The translations under genes were made by a program, and so were the position numbers. The notes below the pieces were generated by a model. That model was not told where the DNA came from and did not search any database. It saw only the letters and a list, made by a program, of their open reading frames with translations. 64,000 nucleotides of DNA from Takakia lepidozioides (taxonomy: Eukaryota > Plantae > Bryophyta). The number at the start of each line of letters is the position of its first letter. Within the stretch, counting starts at the first letter, position 1. Of this stretch, positions 36,606 to 48,960 are shown piece after piece. The stretch is from positions 73,284,001 to 73,348,000 of the forward strand of contig CM060732.1 in assembly GCA_030704615.1 (NCBI GenBank), written 5' to 3'.

Positions 36606-38485
36606 TGTATGGGGATGCGAGCCAGGACATCAACAGTGGGGATCAGTGTGAGGGAGTCGGGACGGAGGGGGCAACAAGAGGTGGGGCGGTTCTGCGAGCA
36701 GGAGGCGACATGGCATGGCAAGGGATGCAGGCGACGTGATGAGAGGAGCACGGGCATAGCTCATTAATGCCAGAGACGGCACGTCCGTGCCCCCCCTGCT
36801 CTGCTCCCACTGCACGCCTTTCCTCGTTTGCTGTGCACCCCGACCACCCCTACATCCTGCTGCCTTCCCAAATGGTGCTGTCTCTCGGGAACTTCATGTC
36901 ATTCGTCTTTAGTGGGGGGGGGGGTCTTGCTTGTCTCTGTAGAATTTTCTCTCTCTCTCCCGGTCAGTAGCTTCTTTCTTGAGCATCTCTCAGCTAGATA
37001 TCTCATGGGGAGCGTGGCTCACCAAGGAGGAGTCTAGCCAAGACTGGGACTGTATCGACCTTCACTCTATCTGGGTTTCTTTCTCTGCCAGCGAGGGCCG
37101 ACCTTTGAGAGTTTTCGCTTGAGTCTGGACACAATTCTCTTATTAAACGCTGCAGATCTCCAGGCCAGACTGCTTACTGCATAGCTTGAATCCTGTCTCC
37201 AGAGCCAGCAGCGACTGTTGTTGTCGCTTATGCAATGGCTCCACCTTTGTGACATCACGCCGGTTTGAGAGCTGGCGCTGGAGAGAAGACTGTCTTCAGA
37301 CCTAGCTCCGAGTACTCGCTGTATTGCGCTGCAGGTGCGTCTGCGCTAATGTCATATACGAGTATGTGAGCGGCAAATTTATTGAGGTTATTCCCTTTTG
37401 ATCGAGGGTTTGAATGCTCGTTGCGTATGAAACACAGACTCGTCCCAACTACTATATATTGATTGCTTCTAGCCTATCTACATGATCCATGGGATGTCTA
37501 TTATGAAATGACCGCGCCTGCAGGGCTAGAAAGGAAGATGGCAGCTTGGATTCTGGACTAAACAACAATGCATGCATTTCAAGGGAGTCTAGGAACAATG
37601 TCGAAAAACAAAATCAGTTCAGACCGTGTACAGAGTAGCGTATCGGCGTTCTAGCGGGCCTTCTAGGTTCCGTTTCTAGGGCCCAGTTCTAGGTTCTAGA
37701 TGGGGTCCATACAGTCAGAAGTACTAACTTCATTGAAAATGATCACCACGATTGAGTTTCTGCCTGGCCACAAGCCGAAGGTTACACCTTCTCTGAATTA
37801 CAGTCCTACATTGAACAGCCAGACTACAGAATTTCTTCCTCCGTGGTCATTGTTCTGAAATTCACTGGTATATGTCCACGGCTCGTCTGAACTTAACAAT
37901 GCAGCTTTGATTGAAAAGTTCGAACTCGTCTATATTGACTGTACTAATCTAACAAGAGCTGCCTACTAATGTGAGTTTCATGATGTGGAAAGAACCCAGC
38001 TCGATCTTAGCCCTGCTTGGAAGACCAAGTGACGTGACCTCGGATATATAATTTTTTATGTGTATGTAAGCAACTGAGGGAGAGCTTCTCTAGAGCAGGA
38101 CGCGGACCAGATCGGGAGAGTTATTTATTGTGGCCCTTGGAACCCAGGTGTTCAGGCCTGCAGTGATTCTAAGTATGAACTCTCCCATACTTAAGGGGAA
38201 GTCCAGTTTATTAATCCACTGGATGTGCAATGAGTGTGGGTATCCATACGGTGCCTATGGCTGCAAGATTTTCCACTCAAATGCACGGAGTCTCACCTTC
38301 CAGAACCTTTGATGCACGGCTTTGGTTGGTCCATTGTCTTCTAGATCTATAATGTTCACCTGGGAGAAATTTTCTGCACGAGTGTCATATGGATAATTGG
38401 ACAAATTGACATTGTCGTGATATTTCAGAGACTGACAAGTCACTGGTCACGGAAACTGGGATGCAGGGTCCTGCGGTTGCATAAG

Positions 38486-41400
38486 ATGAGCCACCTGCAG
38501 TGTGTTGGGCTCAATCAACTGAGAGACACGATGACGGACTACAACTCCAGCATGGAGTCGGGATCCTCGGGCGAAGAAGGGTCATCCACGGTCCATCCAA
38601 TGCACAATGCTTGCGACCCATCCATGTGGGACGGACCCTGGACACAGGCTTCATCCGCTAACGAAGTGATCACCAGCAACTCAATGTCAGAACTTGCTGG
38701 GAATTCACCGTTTACACTCAGCCAAGCTGACATACTCACCAATTATTGGCTTTCTGGCTTCCACCCCATGTCTCATGCAGGTTCAAATCTCTGTGTGGAC
38801 CAGTCTAGACAAGACCCAAATCATACAGATCAGCCAGGAAACTTCATACCAGATGCGCTAAGTGCTATTGAAATGAGCAGCTCCCCCTCAGTTGATCGAG
38901 ACAGTTCCAGTCACATATCCGCACATTTCTCTGGACTGTATGAAAGAAACAGTGCATTGAAGCATCAAGTTACAGGGCCAGGTTTCGCGGTGACTACTCA
39001 GTCCTACGAGGGAGTGGAAACCTACGGCAAGAGCGCAGACGGTGGATCTCACTTTGCCTACGGAAAAACGTCGGCATCAAATACTGCATTGCAATTGCTG
39101 CAGTCACTTGACCAAGAGTCGCCTTCCTCTCCCTTGGCACCTAATAGCTCCATGTTGCAACAGTTTTCGGGGCACTGGGATGCGACACACCCACTGTTAA
39201 CTTGGGCAAACTGTGAAGCTACCTCCCAGGCCTCAGGCACCACTTTGCAGTTGATGCAGGGTGCCAACCAGTTCTGCACAGACGTTCAGCAGCTACCTGC
39301 CAAACGAGAGCTCTTCCCTAGCACAGTGGTGGACACGTATTACGACAACTATAATGACTCAAGGTCAAATGGGGAAATCTCTTCACAAATGATCGATCAG
39401 TTGGAGACACTCATGCAAAGAAACGTTGTCCCGTCGACCAACACAGAGTTTCTTATCGGCTCCCGAGGCACCTACAGCGCAACGGCTGGACCGTGGTCTC
39501 ACATCTCAGAAGTGGGCTCCCCTATTCGTGGGCCACTCAAGCTGATGCCAACCCTGATGCATGATGGACGAGACGCAACTAATTTCAGTCCAAACAATGT
39601 CACCTCAGTTGGCTCAAACAGCTGTCTGAGCCGCGATGATCAAACGCCTAGTGTGGTTACCGGTGCCATTTCCAGCATCTTTACTAGCTCTGCCAGAGAG
39701 GAGGCACCAGCTGCTGGCGACCAGAACGGGAAGCATCGGTTTGATCTTCTCCAAGTTGAGGATGAAAACACTCCCCCTCTCAAACGGCAAAGCCTTGTAC
39801 GTGTTACCTTGTCATTTAATAAGATATCTCTGACCCAAGTAAGACGATTACGAGTCACCAGTTGGTGCAGTACTGCATGTCAGAAGGGTGTACTAACATT
39901 TTAGCTTTCTAAAATGTTTTCTTTTCCAATGGATTTGAGAGCGCTTATATCTAACATCTGGCAGAGTTGTCATGTGAATCCAGATGCAGTCCACAGTAAG
40001 TTAGAATTAGAGCATTTGCGAACTTACCAAGGGACCTAGATGTAATAGATTCTCCATAGTCGCTTTCTGGACAGAGCCATGACCTAAATCTTTCAGATGC
40101 TTCTACATAGTCGTCAGGAGTTCGTTGATGAGTGTATTGCTAGGATCCGGTAACTAACCTTCCGCAAACAGCTGAAATTGAATCTGCTAGGTACTTAGTG
40201 TGTACTGATCCCGTGCTGATCTAGCGCCTGTAGCTACTACCAGCGGTTGTTGTTTATCTCTCGAATGGTTTTTGCCTAGTTGAGATCGATATTTTTATGT
40301 AAAGGAGATTCGTTCATGACTAGGCAACCATGATTTTGAGCAATTGGCAGGACACAGCTGCATTATCATGGCAGCGAACTCCGGCTTTGAGAAGGGTAGA
40401 GTCCAAGACGTTTCCATCCACATGCATGGCATCACAGGCGATGGATCTCATGGTCGCAGTTGGTCCTGCACTTAACACCAATGGTAAACCTAGAGCACGG
40501 CGTGGATCTGCCACAGACCCCCAGAGCGTCTACGCCAGGGTATTACAAACTCCCAGGACTGCTCGATTGTGCTCATAATTGGCTGATGTATTCTTTAGTT
40601 GAACAGATCAACTAGTCCAGTGTGTAATGTTAGTACAACTGGCTGTCTCTCTAAATAGCACAGTAGGGGAACTACTCACTCAAACACTTGCTCTATAATA
40701 ACCAATTTGCAGCAAAGGCGAGGAAGGATCAATGAGCGACTCAAGATCTTGTGCAACTTGGTACCCAATGGGGCGAAAGTAAGTCTGCTCAACAAGTTCC
40801 AGATTCATTTTCATGTGCATGCATTATTCTGAATTTTATGGATCATATTAAATTATAGAAATCTCTCTCGGAGAACTAACTCCAAGTCTAGGACATCTGG
40901 TTCCCAATATAATCAACGTTTCCGTCGATATATGCTTATATTTAAGTGTTCTGCTCGGTACTGTCATTTTTATGTGATGATTGAGCAAGCGCTCAGCTCA
41001 TTTGAATGAGCTTTGAATGCAGGTAGACATAGTGACGATGCTCGAGGAAGCTTACCATTATGTCAAGTTCTTGCAGCTTCAAGTCAAGGTACATGGCAAG
41101 CTTGAAATTGAAAAACTTTATATATGGTATTGAAAGACTGTCATCCCGAACTAAAAGACTGTCAAAGGATAGGTTCAAGGTCAAGCAAAACTCTGTCCAC
41201 ATAGCCTCGCGTACTGTGTGCCAACATCTAAAGCTTCATGCAAGTAGGCTGCATGATAGGCAGGTCCTCTGTATCGCTATGTATATTACAAATATCTCAA
41301 CGATCATGTAATCTTAGGGCATCTTAAATGTGCACCGTAAAGAATTGTGGCACGACCAAAGTATCCAGCCTAGTATGTGATGATTGACTTCTTATGCTAA

Positions 41401-41617
41401 AACTAGAACTTTCATACAGTCTAGTACTGAGGTCTCTTCAAGTCAGTACAGAACTAGGATACTGAATACTAACCTCTCGTTGATGGGCGGTGCACATTTG
41501 CAGCTATTAAGCTCAGACGAGCACTGGATATATGCCACGCCCAACTCATACAATGGCATGGAGATGTCGGTCGGCATGCACACGGGAACGGAATCAACCA
41601 GTCCGATCATAATGTGA
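38486..41617 (+). CDS. RSL: bHLH transcription factor, ROOT HAIR DEFECTIVE SIX-LIKE class II (subfamily VIIIc2), ~581 aa. Exons: 38486-39796, 40351-40539, 40713-40778, 41023-41088, 41504-41617.
   Basis: [81 protein letters not shown]..YNG is the class II RSL bHLH plus RSL domain. All four introns are phase 0 GT-AG. The start codon is the first in-frame ATG and is less certain. Confidence 0.93.
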
Positions 41618-43069
41618 GGAGTGAACTACTGAGGTGAAATCCCAAACATATCAAGTGCTACTCCGACGCCTTCACATACGATTCGAGAGCTGGGTTCCAA
41701 AGGCACTCCGAACATACATTCATAATAGATTGAATATTTGGTTCAAGGTTCATCTCCGGTCTAATCATATTTTTGTCTGCCCGGTATTGATAGCTTCAGC
41801 TAGCGCATTCACTGCAAGTTTTGGCTAGAGTCTTTCAAGTTTGAGGATGAAGTGCAAACATGACAGGACTTTTAGCAAGTTGATGAGTTAGCTGAAGGCA
41901 TCAAAACTGAATCTAGAGCAGTTCTGTGTAGATCATTCAGATGTGAGGTTTCTAGAACCTCTTTTCACATTATGACATTCGACAGTTTTACTGGGGACAG
42001 TCTAAAATGTAGCCCCAATGAGGCCAGGGACCTTGAACCACACTTTGAGACATACACGCGGAAGTTGAGGAGCTGGATGTGAACCAGCATATTTTCTTTG
42101 TTCAAGATTCCCATGCTCCATCCTCCATTCTATAGGCTCTAGATCGTCACACACTGACTGTAGTTTGCGTGCTAAGAGGCACTCCAGAGATGAACACCTG
42201 CAAGTAGTAGCTACAACCATCGAGCCAACATTCGAGGTTGCAACCTCCCAACAATTCAGCTCACTTGACATATGATTCATTTCATTTGGCAGAAGTTGAT
42301 GATCAGGAGTTCATACAATTCCAGGTGGAATTGAACAGCTCAATTCCGTGTGACTCTGGCAATTGGGCGTGTATTTTTTATTGATTTAGGGGCTATGAAG
42401 TTTTATTTGCTGTAGTACTTAGTAGCACCTTATAACAGATAAGGAAGTCATCGCAATTATGTCATTTTTAGATTCTTATGAGAATCTGTGCTAAATATGC
42501 AAAGTTATGGGAAGGAAAGAAGACTTGGGCAACCCTAAGTTATGGTATTACTTCACCCAGGAGGACTACTGCATTATGTTTGGAAGGTGGGCATGACCTT
42601 CTAGCGACCCTAACGAGGGCAACGAGGTTCCCCAACCCTCCTCCCAAAGACAAACCATGGAGTTCCAAACCCGAATCAAAGGGAATGTTATTGAAGTTGT
42701 GTGTAGGACATGAGAAAATATAGTGGTATTTTCTTACAAGCTGATAGGTTTCTCCTCAGGTAATTCTTCATTCCATCCCTATGTATTTGTATATAGGTAT
42801 GCACTTATAAATTAAGTACATCTTATTTTATTGCATCATGCATGTAAATGCCTAGAAACAATGTTTGGAATTAGGGTACTATGTAAGTGCACGACTTTTA
42901 GATAGAGATGTGGGTTTGCTATGTAAATTAGAATTCAATCCATCTGTTCATGGTGAGTCATATAATTATTTATCTACTCAAAAGTGGAGGTGTCAAATTA
43001 TGACAATAAATGGGATCCCAAGTGGTTGGGGAGGGGAATTTGGTGGTAATTTGACTTGTTAGTACAGTA

Positions 43070-45699
43070 CTAGGGTAGCCTGTGCCATTGGCCCAAGTGT
43101 CCAATGTCATCTAAGTCCAAGTGCAATCCTAGGGTAGCCTGCGCCATTGGCCCATGTGTTAAGAATGAAATCTAAGTTCAAGTGCAATCCCCTATGTATT
43201 CAAGTAGCGTCTCCTATGTCGAGGCCCATGTGTGAAGAATTGAAATCTAAGCCCAAGTGCAATTTCTTATGTATCCAAAGTGGGTCTCTTATGTCGAGGC
43301 CCGAGTGCAATCCTCTATTCAAGTATCCATGTGCATCTCCCGTGTGTACAGGCCCAAGTCAATGTCATCTAAGTCCAAATGCAATCCCATATCTGATCAT
43401 TTTTATTTTTTTCCAGAGAGCCTATGACTAGATTTGAACCGGAGACCTTTCCATTGATATCTCTCCCCTCGAGGCTCCGAACATTGTCCTAGGAATGCCC
43501 ACTTTGCCATTTCTGCTATCTTCTGTGAATTTCCTGCGACCAAAAGTACTTGGAATTCCGTATCTCCCACACCGCATGTCCAAAAATCATGAGACCAAGC
43601 CGGTGCACCCCTCCTTGGCAAGGGCTTTCCAACGGTACCAAGCACCAGTGTTGTGTTGGGGCCTTGCGATTCGGGACATCTCAACGCTACAAAACAAAAC
43701 AAAACAAACAAACAAACAAAGTTCATCTTGCTTCATATATTGACTAGGGTAGCCTGTGCCGTTGGCCCAAGTGTCCAAGGTCAGCTAAGCCCAAGTGCAA
43801 TCTCCTATGCATTCAAGTGCGTCTCCTATGTCTAGGGCCAAGTATGACCTCCAGGGTAGCCTATGTCGTTGGCCCAAGTGTCCAATCAATATATGAAGCG
43901 AGACGTTTGTTTTGTTCTGTTTTGTCACGTTGAGATGTCCCGAACCGCAAGGCCCAGCGGTGGTGCTTAGTACCGTTGGAAAGCCCTCGACGAGGAGGGG
44001 TGCACGGGCTTGGTCTCATGATTTTTGGACATGCGGTGTGGGAGATGTAGAATTCCAAGTACTTTTGGTCGTTGGAAATTCACAAAAAATAGCAAAAATG
44101 GCAAAGTGGGCATTCTTGGACAATGCTGGGAGCCTCGACGAGAGAGATATCAAGGGGAAGGTCTCCGGTTCAAATCTGGTCTAGGCTCTTTGGTAAAATA
44201 AATAAATAAAATAAAAATAAATGATTAGATATGGGATTGCACTTGGACTTAGATGACACTGGACACTTGAGCCTGTACATGGGAGATGCACTTGGATACA
44301 TGAATAGAAGATTGCACTTGGGCTTAGAGGTCGTTCTTGGGCCTCGACATAGGAGACCCACTTGGATACATAAGAAATTGCACTTGGACTTAGATTTCAA
44401 TTCTTCACACATGGGCCATGACATAGGAGATGCTACTTGAATACATAGGGGATTGCACTTCGAGTTAGATCTCAATTCTTAACACATGGGCCAATGGCGC
44501 AGGCTACCCTAGGCCTAGATCTCCCAAACGCGAGGGTCTCTAGATACGTAGGGGATTGCACTTGGACTTAGATGATACTGGACACTTGGGCCAACGGCAC
44601 GGGCTAACCTAGTCAATATATGAATTAAGACAATTTGTTTTTTTGTTTGTTTTTATCATGTTGAGATGTCCCAAACCACGAGGCCCCATCGCTGGTGCTT
44701 GGTACCGTTGGAAAGCTCTCGACGAGGAGGGGTGCACCGGCTTGGTCTCATGATTTTTGGACCTGCGATGTGGGAGCTACGGAATTCCAAGTACTTTTGG
44801 TCGCTGGAAATTCACAAAAAAATAGCAAAAATGGCAAAGTGGGCATTCCTGGGACAATGGTTGGAGCCTCGACGGGAGAGATATCAAGGGAAAGGTCTCC
44901 GATTCCAATCTGGTCGTAGGCTCTCTGAAAAGAAAATGATTAGATATGGGATTGCACTTTGACTTAGATGACGCTGGACACTTGGGCTTGCACTTCGATA
45001 CATGAATAGAAGATTGCACTTGGGCTTAGATTTCAATTCTTCACACATGGGCCGACGGCATAGGCTACACTAGAGGTCGCACTTGGGCCTCGACATAGGA
45101 GACCCACTTGGATACATAAGAAATTGCACTTGGGCTTAGATTTCAATTCTTCACACATGGGCCTTGATATAGGAGACACTACTTGAATACATAGGGGATT
45201 GCACTTCGACTTAGATTTCAATTCTTAACGCATGGGCCAATGGCGCAGGCTACCCTAGGCCTAGATCTCCCAAATAGGAGGGTCTCTAGATACATAGGGG
45301 ATTGCACTTGGACTTAGATGACACTGGACACTTGGGCCAACGGCACAGGCTACCCTATGTCATCTAAGTTATCCAAGTCTAATCATTTTTTTTCCAATGT
45401 CATCTAAGTATGTTTTTTTCCAGAGAGCCTACGACCAGATTTGAACCAGACACCTTTCCCTTGATATCTCTCCCGTCGAGGCTCCAACCATTGTCCCAGG
45501 AATGCCCACTTTGCCATTTTTGTTATTTTTTGTGAATTTCTAGAGACCAAAGGTACTTGGAATTCTGCATCTCCCACATCGCGGGTCCAAAAATCATGAG
45601 ACCAAGCCGGTGAACCCCTCCTCGTCGAGGGCTTTCCAATGGCACCAAGCACCAGCGCTGAAAAACAAAACAAAACAAACGTCTCGCTTCATATATTGA
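43070..45699. mobile_element. Array of four non-autonomous Helitron-like units: a minus-strand dimer (45699-43744, 43743-43070) with a plus-strand dimer (43886-44612, 44613-45357) nested inside it
   Basis: Each unit starts TCAATATATGAA and ends ..GGCCAA(C/T)GGCAC(A/G)GGCTA(C/A)CCTAG (the last unit ends CCTA). Internal junctions are CTAG|TC, both insertions lie between A and T, and there is no TSD. Confidence 0.85.
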
Positions 45700-46139
45700 T
45701 TGTATAGAAAGGTTGTGGACTGTAAAATAAAACATCCAACAGTACTGGACCCAATTACTACTACAGATCCCGGCTTTAACGTCTGTTACATTTGCCCAGT
45801 CGTAGCATATATGTCTACAAAATGCAAGGGGGCAGTCTTGGTTGCCAATTGTGACCACCAGAAGTCGTATATGCCACCTTGTACCTCCGCCACGTCAGGA
45901 TCTGCGATCAAACACGTTTGACCAGATAGGGGAAGATGGTAGATATGACTAGGAGTCATGGCCAAAACTGCAACATAATGTATGACTGCCAGTATGCACG
46001 ACTGCACGTGGCGATTGCCGGTTGCCCAAGGAGTGTCTACGTGGACGATGCAAACATAAATGGATGAAACAAATGTAGGATGTGATTGCAAATGACGACG
46101 TGTCAACATATCACTGCTCGCGGGCACTAAGCCACACCC

Positions 46140-46620
46140 TGTGAATGAATGGATGAATGAATGATTAGGATGAATTAGGATGAGTGAACTAGGATGAATT
46201 AGGATGAATGTGCTTGAATTTAGGGTTGTTAGGTCGCAGTGTGTAAAACTAATCGACTGCTGGTTAAGAATAGTGAAACAAAACAACTGTATTATCTCAA
46301 CGAATGATACACAAATGCCTTGCTGGCAACTATTGGATGAACATATCAAAACATAACTTTTGTGTACTGGATGAACATATGAACGAATGATACAACAAAC
46401 GTCTTGCTGACAACTATTGGATGAACATAGGAACGAATGATAATGCAAACGTTGAGCTGACAACTATTGGATGAATTGACAGCGAAACTCATTTAAAGAT
46501 TTATTTTGGATGAATGGATGAAATTAAAATGGAAAACCAAATGAATGGATGGATGTATTGATGGAAAACCCAAAATCCATCCATCTATCGCTACATTCAT
46601 CCATCCAGTCATGAGTAGAG
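46140..46620. repeat. Low-complexity GGATGAA-rich repeats, including three copies of gctg(a/g)caactattggatgaa
   Basis: Direct inspection. The same GGATGA motif recurs at 35.5-36.4 kb and 12.98-13.02 kb. Confidence 0.7.
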
Positions 46621-46849
46621 GGGACTTAGCGTTTTTTTTGTCTTCCTTGCTATCTATTTGTTTTCTTTGTGTCGAGTTTGATCGTGAGAGACAACAAACA
46701 GGACGGAGCTGTGTTTGCTTTCTTTTAGTGTCGAGTCTGATCATGAGAGACGTCGAACAGGGCGGAGCTATGTTTGTTTTGTTTTAGGGTCGAGTCTGAT
46801 CATGAGAGACGACGAACAGAGCTGGTGGGATAAGGGGCAGACATGGACT

Positions 46850-46924
46850 CAAACCCTAGAATCGGGGCATGAAGATGTGGTGCACGATGTGGCCATAGAC
46901 TACTATGGGAAGCGGCTGGCCACC
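46850..46924 (+). pseudogene. SEC13: SEC13 N-terminal fragment
   Basis: QTLESGHEDVVHDVAIDYYGKRLAT matches the start of Sec13 (GHED.VHD...DYYGKR.AT). Homology stops abruptly after this. Confidence 0.85.
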
Positions 46925-48263
46925 TTCACGATGGACAACCGCAGTCGCAAGGTATGGCTTTTTCTCAATGTACGATGTGAAGAAGTTTGACCATCTTGCA
47001 AATGTGGGCTCTTGGCGACTGTTAGTACCATGATTTGGTATTCTTTCTGTTGTTTACAAGGTTCTTTGGAGAGTCAGCTTGGTCTTAGCAGGTCGTGTTT
47101 CAATCTCTCCTCGCTCAGCTGCACTGTGGTCGTCTTATTTGGTTATACGTGGAATGATTCAGTTTTTGGATGCTTGTGTGGATGTTTTCGAGGATAAACT
47201 GGATACAAGCACTCACAAACAGGAATATCATATGGATGTGCAGATATGTCGATCAAGTCTCATGTCTTTGATTGTCTGCTTCGAAGTGGCCACTCAAATA
47301 TTGATGAACTTCAGGTAGGGAAATGAAATGAAATGAAACAAAATGGTACTTTCTAATGTCCGCGGAAAGCTCAGTCGGAGAGAGTCGGTTTTGTCAGCGC
47401 TTGGGATGGGAGATAAATGGGCTCCGGCAGCTCGAAGTCCAGCTCCGGACCTTCTGATGCTTTGATACCCAAGGTCAGCTGTTCAACGAGATTGTCTGTT
47501 CCACACTCTCTCTCTCTCTCTCTTTTTTCTCTTGAATGCAACTGATTGATGGGCTTTTCCTATTATTCTATTTTATCCTATAGGACCTGTGGTCTCTGTG
47601 GACTCATCCAGTTTGTTTTTTTTCTCTCCCTGTAACAATTTTGGTCTGGTTTCTGCTTTGCTGTTGGACTTTCATGGATGTTATAAAGCTTATCATGGTT
47701 TTGGTTTGCCATCTTTCTACAGTGTTATTCTAATCTGTAGACCTCCCTGGCCAACATGATGATCAATTATTCTCAGATTAGTACTGAGCAGCTGCGACTG
47801 TTTGTTTCAAGCCGTGTGCGATAACTCATAGAAAGAGATTCTCAACTTGGATAGTGTTTGAAGTGCTTTACAGAGTTTTGTTGGTGTTTTGTATCCAGTG
47901 GTATGTAAACTTGGACACCCAATGTTCCAAGTCCTTCTTCAGCAAACAAATACGGTAAGGAGTGTAGATCTTCATTTTGATCTATGTAAAGTAATGTGTG
48001 CCTTCTTTTGGACATGCATAGGCAAACATGTAGTCCTTATTCTATACCACTCTGGTATGGCACAATCCTGTGGTGTATGCTTTGAAATTATTATGTGTTT
48101 TCTCTATCATCTGTGCTTTGGCAAGACATTGATTTATGTGGACAATCTTGATATTTGAAGAGACAAAAAAAAAGTGTGAAGATGAAATGTAGTCGACATG
48201 ATGTAATTAGGTGCCCTCCTTCGCTGATGATGCTGGTCTACATGTAGGTATGTGAATGTACAT

Positions 48264-48347
48264 GGGCGTGGAACAGTGGTCACAGGGCGTGTGGAATAGG
48301 GGATAATTAAGGTTGGCGAGGAAGTTGAAGTGGTTGGGCTTCGCACG
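48264..48347 (+). pseudogene. Isolated exon of organellar (probably mitochondrial) elongation factor Tu, with an internal stop
   Basis: [27 protein letters not shown] followed by a GTAAC donor. Confidence 0.88.
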
Positions 48348-48772
48348 GTAACAATCTTCCTTGCACAGAAACTTGGGCCCATATAACTTTCCTTCCTTTG
48401 GCAATGTTAGTACAGGGATTTGCTGTGTGATTCACTTCAGTTGGGTCATGACACAAGGTCAAGGACAATGTGGTGAGGGCACCTTCTTCTTCGACCTATT
48501 TCAGCCTGTTTTGCCCTCTCATCAGACTTGGCCCTGAGATGCATATTGAATTTTGTAAGTTAGCTCGTTGCTCGTTGATAAGTAGGGTTGGGGGTGTTTG
48601 CTGGAACAATTCTAGGCTGTCATTGTCAGTTGCTAGCAGGAAGGCAAAGATGTATGTTGATTTTGTGCAGAGGCATAGATAGTTGAAGGAGCAGGGACAG
48701 AGAAACTCATTAGTAGTGGGATATTGGGATAACTCTTGGCCATGTGCCATCGTCAAAGCTGAAATTGTTTTA

Positions 48773-48960
48773 GTTGTCATTCTGAACACTGCCCTGGTGG
48801 ACATGTATGCCAAATGTGGGTGCAGCAAGCCTGATGCGAAGGGAGAGTTCGACAACATGGCTAAATGAGATGTGGTGTTGTGGAGTGCCATGATTGCAAG
48901 GTATGTGCAACATGGGTGTGGGATTAAGGCTTTGGAAAGAGGCTGCATAAATGCAAGGGG
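48773..48960 (+). pseudogene. PLS-class PPR protein fragment
   Basis: NTALVDMYAKCG...DAKGEFDNMAK*DVVLWSAMIARYVQHG.G.KAL. Confidence 0.85.

Noticed and set aside
38417-39904. 495-aa single-exon ORF as a standalone gene
   Set aside because: It is the first coding exon of the RSL gene. The GTG start and the tail after 39796 are UTR/intron read-through.
43147-45858. Many recurrent 60-110 aa ORFs (e.g. AWSHDFWTCGVGD, SKCNPLCIQV)
   Set aside because: They are by-products of the repeated non-coding Helitron units, appear on both strands, and have inconsistent frames between copies.
45786-46463. 225-aa minus-strand ORF
   Set aside because: It runs through GGATGAA low-complexity repeats and no family is recognisable. 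Only the last third looks protein-like, and it could not be assigned.
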